DNA from: a virus
Taxonomy: Duplodnaviria > Caudoviricetes
IMG/VR virus record: IMGVR_UViG_3300032086_000660
Coordinates: 1-61,833 of that record
Direction: 5' to 3' (one strand)
DNA: 61,833 nucleotides
In this document: positions 49,804-57,204 of the stretch, in pieces
How the letters are laid out: the number at the start of each line of letters is the position of its first letter
How positions within the stretch are numbered: the stretch's first letter is position 1
The notes under the pieces: generated by a model
What the model saw: the letters and a program-made list of their open reading frames with translations, nothing else
Told to the model about the DNA's origin: nothing
Database searches by the model: none
Position numbers and translations under genes: made by a program

Positions 49804-50417
49804 TACTTGCTGTATGTTTTATCGTACGCAGTCATACTCTCACGGAAGCTATCGTAGTTCGTTGTAGAACCTCCAGCGTGGTGGTAGTTGCCCCAGAATT
49901 GTTCTGTAGAAATCTTTCCATCCTTCCAAGCACCGAGATTGGCTTTAGGATGTTGTAGGTAGTTACCGATGAATAGCGTTCTCTGCTGGTCACCAGTTAG
50001 TTTAGATGCATCCAGTGATTTCTCCTTGTATGCTTCTTGCAACCACTTAGGGATTTCCATACCACTGTCCTTGAACTCTTTGTATGTTCTGTTCACTGCG
50101 GTGATACCACCAGCGGCATCTCCAGCCTCCATCATAAACAGTCCTCTGCCCACTCCTTGTGGCACGAGTTCTCCCTTATCGTTTTTGATTAACTGGATAG
50201 CATTCTCTTTCATTCTCTGCTGTGCTCCAGTTTCGTGGAATGCAATACGATTCATCAAGTCTTCGTACTGCTTAGATGTTCCTCCCTTAACGTCAAGTAG
50301 GTGTTTCATCATTGCCGAGTAACCACTCTTGGGTGGGTCTGTTGGCTTTGACTGAATCATACCCCCTTCATCGAAGAAGAGCGTGTACTTTTGTTTACCC
50401 TTGCGTTTTGCTATCAT
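49803..50417 (-). CDS. Lysozyme-fold-like protein (tentative)
   Basis: IAFHETG...GRGLFMME pattern resembles lytic transglycosylase cores. Confidence 0.4.
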   Translation of the reverse strand: MIAKRKGKQKYTLFFDEGGMIQSKPTDPPKSGYSAMMKHLLDVKGGTSKQYEDLMNRIAFHETGAQQRMKENAIQLIKNDKGELVPQGVGRGLFMMEAGDAAGGITAVNRTYKEFKDSGMEIPKWLQEAYKEKSLDASKLTGDQQRTLFIGNYLQHPKANLGAWKDGKISTEQFWGNYHHAGGSTTNYDSFRESMTAYDKTYSK

Positions 50418-50601
50418 CCTTTCTTCTTATGCAGTCCTTCGACTTCTCACAGATACAGAGCTCGTCCGTACCACAACCAAAGTTGTCTGGTACATTACGA
50501 CTGTAACCGATTAAGTCTAAGACTGTTACGGGAACAAAGATAATCAATATTAGGATAAAAATAGTGGTGAGCATATTAGGTACAGTTTGGGTACAGTGCA
50601 T
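50395..50601 (-). CDS. Small membrane protein with Cys-rich tail
   Basis: Hydrophobic segment followed by CGTDELCICEKSKDC; start uncertain. Confidence 0.45.
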   Translation of the reverse strand: MHCTQTVPNMLTTIFILILIIFVPVTVLDLIGYSRNVPDNFGCGTDELCICEKSKDCIRRKDDSKTQG

Positions 50602-50738
50602 CGCAATACAACTCTTTGTGTGTGCGTTACAACTCTACTTTCAATGAAAAACATCTTGTGCGGGTCTAACGTTCAGACTGGTTAACCGCTTTCATTTCAC
50701 ATTCGTTCAAACGCTTAAACCCATCGTTGATTGCATAG

Positions 50739-50746
50739 CAAAGGTA
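50739..50746 (-). promoter_or_regulatory. First late-arm promoter -7 box
   Basis: TACCTTTG on the minus strand. Confidence 0.55.
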
Positions 50747-51241
50747 CAACATATTTATGACAAAATCAAGTGTCTACTTTGATACTGATTACGTGTTGAT
50801 GGTACAAAAAGCACCACATATATAGAGAGGTACGAAAATGCATAACATATATAGGGGTGAGTAATATAGAGGGTGGGGATTATAATACATATAGCACGCA
50901 CGCAGACACATACCGAAACGCAACCCAAGACCCTACCCCCCATCGATTGGCTGAGCGCCTACAGATATTTCAGCGTTTGCCCACAGCGCACAGACATTCT
51001 ATGTATTACAGCTATGTTGATAGTGAGATAGTACATAGACTATGTATGCAATCAATCCACTACAGATAGCTCAGTTGATTTGTGAGCGCAGTTCGTTACA
51101 GAGTGAGCACAATACCCCCCAATGAATTTATAACAGCATCACAGCGCCTCAATGGGGTACGCATTATATCTATATATAGCTACCCGTCTTATTTAGATTG
51201 GTTCTAAATTAACATCAAATGTGAAATATTTTACCACAGCG

Positions 51242-51302
51242 CTTGTGGAAACAAAATAATTGCGTATCTATGCAATGTCGAAAGCGACAAACGTTCTTTG
51301 AA
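51242..51302 (+). promoter_or_regulatory. Early promoter followed by a boxB-like hairpin and boxA-like element
   Basis: TATCTATG (51265-51272, one mismatch to TAnnTTTG); hairpin TGTCG-AAAG-CGACA (51276-51289); GTTCTTTGAA (51293-51302). Confidence 0.6.
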
Positions 51303-51318
51303 TCTGCACTTGCAACAA

Positions 51319-52010
51319 TCACTACAGCGCCTCCGCTGACTGCCGTACTTGTGGGCATTAAACACTCGAATCAATGTCAGCAACAGCGCACCAATGTAGT
51401 GAGCGGAAACGAGTCAGAGCACGAGCATCTTGAAATACGGATGCAAACTGCGGATAGGCGGTACATATGGTAACTGCCTTGATGAGCTAACTTTAAGTGG
51501 TGTAAACTTGGAAGCGGAGCTACAGCGGAAACCAAATGTACCTATGGGGCATTCGGACTTAGGCTGTAGGGACTTCGGTCAGATGTGAAAGAGGTGTAAT
51601 CATTGATAGCAATAAGCGAGGAGTGAGAGTAGTACAAGAATCCATCAAAGCGACAATGGTCACAGCGACAGCTGTAGTCCACTTGGGGTTTTGGAGAGGG
51701 TAAGAGATAGCCATAGGATGTCTCTGAGAGTATTCAACTACTTTGGGTTTTGGAGAGCAGTATAAACACATCAACAGCGGAGCATCGAGAATGCTCAGAG
51801 CTACATCAAACATCTGATTAGGGCGCTCAATTGGGAGCGCTTAGAATCTGTATCACAATGGCTGAATTTGTTATGAGATTGGGAGCGCACAAACAGAGCA
51901 TTTGCTCGGGTGCTTAATACATCAATTGCATAGGAGGTCGTGGTACGGCAATAATCGTTTGGTATATCTCAGACATCTTGCCTAATTGGAGGCGCAATGC
52001 TGTTGTAGTG
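51319..52010 (+). ncRNA. Candidate large structured non-coding RNA (about 690 nt)
   Basis: No credible ORF; several perfect long-range complements close the ends; C(UUCG)G and other hairpins inside. Confidence 0.6.
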
Positions 52011-52013
52011 TTA

Positions 52014-52069
52014 GCCCTAATTGGTTTGCTTTAAATGGAAGGTACGCAGTTCGATTCTGTGTTAGGGCA
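52014..52069 (+). ncRNA. tRNA-like element lacking the anticodon arm
   Basis: 7-bp acceptor GCCCTAA/TTAGGGC; T-stem CGCAG/CTGTG; loop TTCGATT. Confidence 0.6.
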
Positions 52070-52120
52070 CAAATGCTGAGTGACATCAGCACTTTTTTAT
52101 TAACCAAAATTTTATCAATT

Positions 52121-53686
52121 ATGTCACAAGTTAGAAACATCATCACCAACAGAATGATTAACAGCGAGAATGCTCGTATGTCTAATCTAATGGGAGGTTA
52201 CATTCACGTTAATGTAGCTGAGCAAATTGTCGAATCAGTACGAGTAGATGCTGATTCTGTTTACGATGCAATCCGTACAGAGTATGATTGGGTTTCTCGT
52301 GATTACAGAGATTCTCAGTGCATCAAATTGCTATTGGTAGTCCTTGCAAACGGAGGTCGTGTTCGCACTCTCAATGCTTGGGCATCGCCTAACATCAACT
52401 TAGATGGTCTAAACTTCTTCCACATTGGAACAACAAAAGTTTACACTAACCTACATTGCAATGGTACAGATTGTCCGCCGGATTTTCTCAAGCAAGTATC
52501 TATACTCGAGTACGGAAATCCTAACGGCAATCCTACCGGCATTCTTACTTACAAGCAGTTTACTGCGATGAGCAACAGACCAAGCGCTGTGAATTTACCA
52601 TCAGCAGTTCTGAGAGAGGTGCGCCAAGAGATGGTATGTCCTTATGTAATCGAAAGCGGATGGCTCAGAGATAAGTTATTCTCTCGCAATATGACCATCA
52701 ATGGTACAGACAGAAGAATAAACTTTATGTATGGTTCTGATTCTCATACAGCATACGAGTCTTGGAGGTCAGCGCAGTACAACAACAACAATGGTCGCAT
52801 CTTCGGGTATCACGGAAGCGGTAATTTCCGCTCGCAGTTCGATGCTCAGATGGAAGATGGTAAATGGTATTTCGGTATCGAGGCTGAGAAGCAAGATTCT
52901 GATGCCAAAGCATATGCTGATTACCTAAGCGGTAAATGTGGTCAATGGGGCGCTGAGAGAGATGGTTCACTTGGTCGTGGTGGTGCTGAGTTTATCTCGC
53001 CAATCCTACCATTACACAATGGGTCATTTGTTCGTAAGAATTTCCAACAGCATCGTTGGATGCTCGATGCGAAATTGGATGACAATGGCAATGCGAATCG
53101 TACATCTTGCGGAGGTCATATGACCATCAGCAAAAAGGGTATGAGCGGTCGTGAATTGCTCACGCACTTGCATCACTTTGTGCCTTTGTTCTACAGCCTA
53201 TACATCGGGCGCTTGAACACTAACTACGGAGGCGCTGTTGCAAAGGGCGATGTTGCTCATACACGCAGAGCATTCAACTTGAAATCGTTCGGTGTTGAAA
53301 TTCGTATCTTCAGCGGTGTTCCATCAATGGAAGGCGCTTGGTGGAGAGTTCAACTTCTGCAAGTTATCGCTGATATGATTGACAGCGGAGAGGTTCAATC
53401 GTACAAGGATGTTGCTAACGCACTCGTTACAGACAAGCATCCACTACGCAAGGTTATGCGTAAGCAGTACGATAGCAAGCGCATTCGTGACAAGTTCGCA
53501 CTTGTGCTCGCATTCGGTCATATGTACGAGAACAATGGTTCTTCAAGCATTGACATCAGCAATACATCAGATGATGTAAAGCATAAGAGTGACAGAGTAA
53601 TCAGAGCATTCAATCAGTTCAGAGATGTGCGTTCGTGTACTCAGCGCTTGTGGGGTGTTGACAGCATCACTACAACAGAGGCATAA
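52121..53686 (+). CDS. Putative amidoligase (COOH-NH2 ligase, Amidoligase_2-like)
   Basis: FGIEAE, ERDGSL, AEFISP, SCGGHM and VEIRIF motifs. Start moved to MSQVRN. Confidence 0.75.
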   Translation: MSQVRNIITNRMINSENARMSNLMGGYIHVNVAEQIVESVRVDADSVYDAIRTEYDWVSRDYRDSQCIKLLLVVLANGGRVRTLNAWASPNINLDGLNFFHIGTTKVYTNLHCNGTDCPPDFLKQVSILEYGNPNGNPTGILTYKQFTAMSNRPSAVNLPSAVLREVRQEMVCPYVIESGWLRDKLFSRNMTINGTDRRINFMYGSDSHTAYESWRSAQYNNNNGRIFGYHGSGNFRSQFDAQMEDGKWYFGIEAEKQDSDAKAYADYLSGKCGQWGAERDGSLGRGGAEFISPILPLHNGSFVRKNFQQHRWMLDAKLDDNGNANRTSCGGHMTISKKGMSGRELLTHLHHFVPLFYSLYIGRLNTNYGGAVAKGDVAHTRRAFNLKSFGVEIRIFSGVPSMEGAWWRVQLLQVIADMIDSGEVQSYKDVANALVTDKHPLRKVMRKQYDSKRIRDKFALVLAFGHMYENNGSSSIDISNTSDDVKHKSDRVIRAFNQFRDVRSCTQRLWGVDSITTTEA

Positions 53687-53693
53687 GCCTACA

Positions 53694-53735
53694 GAGGGGT
53701 AATGGTTAATGCGGGTTCGATTCCCGCACCTTTCC
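53694..53735 (+). ncRNA. Minimal tRNA-like element (acceptor stem, D-like loop, T-arm)
   Basis: GAGGGGT/ACCTTTC acceptor with two G-U pairs; linker AATGGTTAAT; GCGGG-TTCGATT-CCCGC. Confidence 0.55.
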
Positions 53736-53781
53736 TATTCAATCATTCACTTGTTTCGTGGATATTTTTGGTTAATGATTG

Positions 53782-53817
53782 TGGGCGCTCGGGGTTTCTC
53801 GGGCGCTCATTTTTTTC
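53782..53817 (+). terminator. Intrinsic terminator
   Basis: TGGGCGCTCGGGG-TT-TCTCGGGCGCTCA-type hairpin followed by T7. Confidence 0.7.
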
Positions 53818-53874
53818 ACCATTCCACTATCAACGGAACAAACACACACGCACTAATCCTTAAAAATTATAGAT

Positions 53875-54180
53875 ATGGATATTCTACAACAACTGAGGTT
53901 TCAAGTTTTCAACCTCACGAAAAACGGAGAGCACGACTACGATGCAATCAAAACTATGACGACTAAGCAAGGTAAAAAGACTACAAAAATTGCTCAGTTA
54001 ATTATGCTCAAGAAAGTTCACGATTTGAACGATGAGCTACAACAAGCCAGAATCGAACACTTCGATACAGAGGAGGAGATAAGCAGTCTAATCAAAGCTA
54101 TGATTGATACTTGCTATGTCCTACAGAAGAAGGAAGGATACAAGGATGTAGCTTGGAGCTACACAAGGACGCTCGGATAA
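53875..54180 (+). CDS. hypothetical early protein
   Basis: AT-rich leader, in-operon ORF. Confidence 0.6.
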   Translation: MDILQQLRFQVFNLTKNGEHDYDAIKTMTTKQGKKTTKIAQLIMLKKVHDLNDELQQARIEHFDTEEEISSLIKAMIDTCYVLQKKEGYKDVAWSYTRTLG

Positions 54181-54198
54181 TAACTAAATACCAACGAT

Positions 54199-54495
54199 AT
54201 GAAGGTTTACAAAATCTACAAAGCAAACGGAGAGATGCACTCATCGTTTGACAACAAGCAAGAAGCGATTGACTTCTTGGAGTACGGAGCATCAATGGAG
54301 TTCTCAGAAGAAGGATTCTATATGGAGGAACATCTCGCTTGCCGATGCGGTAACGAGGAGAGCACAGAAACACGATTCGATGCCTACGGGATAACAACGG
54401 GAGATTGGTGCGATGAATGTTACAACGGGAGCAACTATCCGTACAGAAAAGACAAGTATCACGACTACTTGTATGCGGGAGAAAGACTATACTAA
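54199..54495 (+). CDS. hypothetical protein with a possible Zn site
   Basis: CRCG...WCDEC. Confidence 0.6.
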   Translation: MKVYKIYKANGEMHSSFDNKQEAIDFLEYGASMEFSEEGFYMEEHLACRCGNEESTETRFDAYGITTGDWCDECYNGSNYPYRKDKYHDYLYAGERLY

Positions 54496-54511
54496 TTTAA
54501 CACCAAAAGCA

Positions 54512-54769
54512 ATGAGAAAATCAAGAATCAGAATCAGCATCGTTTACTTGGACATCACTTGCGGTCATACTCTGTACAAGATATGGCTGTACAACGATGA
54601 TATGGAAACGAGAGAGAAACTAAGTAAAGCTCAGTTCTTTGCTTTATTCGGTATCACACTACCAAAACACTACAGCTACGAGGCGCTTGACTCTGTAGCG
54701 GAGCTAATCCAAGACGAGTGGAACGGATTGGTGAAAATCAAGCACGATGACTGCATGGACATCAGCTAA
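54512..54769 (+). CDS. hypothetical early protein
   Basis: Start moved to MRKSRI after the upstream stop. Confidence 0.55.
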   Translation: MRKSRIRISIVYLDITCGHTLYKIWLYNDDMETREKLSKAQFFALFGITLPKHYSYEALDSVAELIQDEWNGLVKIKHDDCMDIS

Positions 54770-54803
54770 TTCCACAAAATCAGAATGTTTTTTCTGAATT
54801 AAA

Positions 54804-54835
54804 TTTGCACAACTAATCTGAATAGTGTATCTTTG
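54804..54835 (+). promoter_or_regulatory. Consensus Bacteroidota housekeeping promoter
   Basis: TTTG (54804-54807), 20-nt spacer, TATCTTTG (54828-54835). Confidence 0.8.
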
Positions 54836-54892
54836 CACTATGTTTAACCAACACCGATGTCTGCGATGGGATATAACAGCAGTCCAACCATT

Positions 54893-55663
54893 ATGTGTTT
54901 GCTAATCGTAAATCAAACAAATCTTATTTCAAAGAAACATCTCAAGAATGCTTGGGAGAACAATTCACACGGAGGTGGTATGGCGTACCCATTCATCAAC
55001 GAGTACAACGAGCGATGTGTATTCATCGAAAAATTCAACGATTTCGAATCATTCTACGCTGAGTACGAGAGTGTACGCAAGATGATTGACAAGCCAATGA
55101 TTCTGCACTTCCGCATCTCATCGAGTGGTGGTCGTAGCGAGGAGAACATTCATCCATTCTATGTTCGCAAGGACAAGATGGCTATGGGTCACAACGGAAC
55201 AATCCGTACGCTTGGAGATGAAACGATGTCTGACTCTCGCCATTTGGCGCAAATCATCGGGACATTCAAGGGCAACTCTACGGCTATGCTGAATCACAGC
55301 GGTCTGCGACAGCTTATCTACGCAGTAATCGGTCAGAGCAAACTCGCATTCGTAGATGCTCAAGGTCAGTTCGCAATCTTCAACGAGCACTTAGGTCATT
55401 GGACTGCTAACGGAGATTGGATGTCTAACGACTCTTACAAGGCTGTGCGCAATTGGGTGTATCAAGGCAACAAGAAGGTCGCAAAGACTTCGCTGTCTAA
55501 TCACACAGCAAAGGCAAAGACAACGACTCAAACCTACAACAAGTACAAGGCTGACTACAAGAAGGCTGAACCAACTCGTGACTTGTTCAAGGATTGGGAC
55601 AAAGACTTGGAGAAACAAGAAGAGCAATTCGACTTGGAAACTAACAAGTGGGTTAAAATATAA
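54893..55663 (+). CDS. Class II glutamine amidotransferase (Ntn hydrolase)
   Basis: Start moved so that Cys2 is the N-terminal nucleophile (MCLLI); NSHGGG, HFRISS, HPF, HNG and SDS motifs. Confidence 0.85.
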   Translation: MCLLIVNQTNLISKKHLKNAWENNSHGGGMAYPFINEYNERCVFIEKFNDFESFYAEYESVRKMIDKPMILHFRISSSGGRSEENIHPFYVRKDKMAMGHNGTIRTLGDETMSDSRHLAQIIGTFKGNSTAMLNHSGLRQLIYAVIGQSKLAFVDAQGQFAIFNEHLGHWTANGDWMSNDSYKAVRNWVYQGNKKVAKTSLSNHTAKAKTTTQTYNKYKADYKKAEPTRDLFKDWDKDLEKQEEQFDLETNKWVKI

Positions 55664-55735
55664 TTGGTGGTTGGTTAGGTTGGGGGCACGGCTGTGGTGG
55701 CTGTGCTCCCTTATCAACTTCTAAATTCAAATCAA

Positions 55736-55891
55736 ATGACTTTACACGAACAAAAACTTTACGATAGACTCGTTGAACTCAGCGAGGATATGCTGTCATA
55801 CGGAGAGATGATGGACAATGCTTACATCCGATTGAAATCAGCGGAGATTGAAGCAGTAACAAGAGAACTAATCAAAACAAGAGGACTATGA
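55736..55891 (+). CDS. hypothetical protein
   Basis: Start moved to MTLHEQ; ATGA coupling to the next gene. Confidence 0.5.
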   Translation: MTLHEQKLYDRLVELSEDMLSYGEMMDNAYIRLKSAEIEAVTRELIKTRGL

Positions 55892-56313
55892 GAAAACAAA
55901 TCTTTGAAACCAATCAACTCGTAGCGGTGTACGGAACGCTGAAACGAGGATACGGCAATCATAGGTTGCTGAGCAACGCTACCTTTTTGGGCAGCGGTAC
56001 TACGAAAGACAAGTACAGATTGTGCGTAAGCGGTCTTCCTTATATGCTAAAAGGCGTAAGTGAGGAAGGTCACAATGTCGAGGTTGAGGTGTACGACTGC
56101 AATCCGTTTGAGATGTACAACTTAGACTTGCTTGAAGGTCATCCACGATTCTACAAGAGAGAGAAGGTGGATGTTGTTGTGGGAGAAAAAACAATGTCAG
56201 CTTGGGTGTACTTTGTGCCCGATAGCATCCACTACAACAACGGAACTTATGTGGATTCGTACAGAGGTGCGAACTACAATGAGGTGTTAGAACAAATCGA
56301 AACTCAATACTAA
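55888..56313 (+). CDS. Gamma-glutamylcyclotransferase (GGCT/AIG2-like)
   Basis: VAVYGTLKRGYGNH...LDLLEGHP..YKR...AWVY. Confidence 0.9.
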   Translation: MRKQIFETNQLVAVYGTLKRGYGNHRLLSNATFLGSGTTKDKYRLCVSGLPYMLKGVSEEGHNVEVEVYDCNPFEMYNLDLLEGHPRFYKREKVDVVVGEKTMSAWVYFVPDSIHYNNGTYVDSYRGANYNEVLEQIETQY

Positions 56314-56331
56314 TCAAAACAACAAACAACT

Positions 56332-56688
56332 ATGAAAACATTTATGTTGTCCTATCCCGATAAAACGGATAGAAATCAGACTCGCTACTTGTTTGAGGTA
56401 GCACAGAACGAAGAAGAAGCTCGCACGAACTTCAGAAACATTCTCAAGATAGGTAGACTGCCTAACTTCAGTAACATCGTAGAACTTCAAGTAGAGGGAA
56501 CTCATATCTCTGAAAGCAGAAACTCTCTGCCAGTAGAGATTGACTGGAACGATGAAATCGTTATGGACTTCGCTAATCAAGTGTGGAACTTGGCGCAAGG
56601 AAAGTTTGCGAGCGAATGGGTAACCAAAGAAGAGAAAGCTGTGATTGTAACTCAGCTGAATAGGTTCAAGCGAAAATCAGTTAAGTAA
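56332..56688 (+). CDS. hypothetical protein
   Basis: In-operon ORF followed by a terminator. Confidence 0.55.
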   Translation: MKTFMLSYPDKTDRNQTRYLFEVAQNEEEARTNFRNILKIGRLPNFSNIVELQVEGTHISESRNSLPVEIDWNDEIVMDFANQVWNLAQGKFASEWVTKEEKAVIVTQLNRFKRKSVK

Positions 56689-56710
56689 TTGATTCGCAGA
56701 GTGTAAGATT

Positions 56711-56744
56711 GGGCGGGGAAAATATTCCTCGCCTTTTCTTTTTT
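56711..56744 (+). terminator. Intrinsic terminator
   Basis: GGGCGGGGAA-AATA-TTCCTCGCCT followed by T-tract. Confidence 0.75.
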
Positions 56745-56762
56745 GTTCTTAAAAACAATACA

Positions 56763-57011
56763 TATGTTTGTGCCATCGCTGAGTGTAACGGCTTAAAGGT
56801 TCACGGCTTCCGAACAACTATGTTGATAGTGGATGAGGGGCGGTGGACTGTGTGATAATCAGTCAAAGTAATCCTATTTAGGAATCGGCTTGGCAACTTG
56901 AGTCGTTAGGTGGTGATACGAACGAAGAACTCAACGGAGGTATTCATCTACTCAACTTACTTCTCTTTTGGGGGAGGGGGGAGTAAACTTGAGTAGCTTC
57001 AACTCACTCGG
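56763..57011 (+). ncRNA. Promoter followed by a structured non-coding segment of about 240 nt (ncRNA or replication origin)
   Basis: TATGTTTG box at 56763-56770; closing pair CTGAGTG/CACTCGG; several hairpins including a long G-rich one. Confidence 0.4.
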
Positions 57012-57031
57012 AATCTAACAAAGGTATTCTT

Positions 57032-57184
57032 ATGGAAAACAAACAAATCATCACAGAGGTCATAGCAATTCTGGTTATGCTCTGGTTTACTGGCTTCTTT
57101 ATCTCGCAAGGCGAGGTAACGATGTCGTTACTTTTCATCGCATTCACATCCTACAAATCGATGAACTTCTTATCTAATCTTTAG
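57032..57184 (+). CDS. 50-aa membrane protein
   Basis: Translated by hand: MENKQIITEVIAILVMLWFTGFF..; two hydrophobic stretches. Confidence 0.45.
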   Translation: MENKQIITEVIAILVMLWFTGFFISQGEVTMSLLFIAFTSYKSMNFLSNL

Positions 57185-57204
57185 CTGTTTCAACGCTAAA
57201 TGTT

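Noticed and set aside
5255-50506. Numerous plus-strand ORFs inside late genes
   Set aside because: Antisense shadows of long minus-strand genes; only 45741..45878 and 48278..48712 lie in true gaps.
50755-51813. ORFs 50755..50943, 50857..51069, 51243..51473 and 51559..51813
   Set aside because: Short, atypical composition, overlapping promoter elements and lacking the AT-rich leaders of real genes here.
51319-52010. Group I/II intron or RNase P RNA identity for the large RNA
   Set aside because: It interrupts no gene, and I found no domain V, GUGYG start or GAGGAAAGUCC signature by eye. A covariance search is still needed.
52014-53735. Calling the TTCGATT elements true tRNA genes or tmRNA
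   Set aside because: Connectors of 24 and 10 nt cannot form D plus anticodon arms; there is no tag reading frame and no encoded CCA.
53709-53966. 85-aa ORF after the amidoligase
   Set aside because: Runs through the tRNA-like element and the terminator and overlaps a better ORF.
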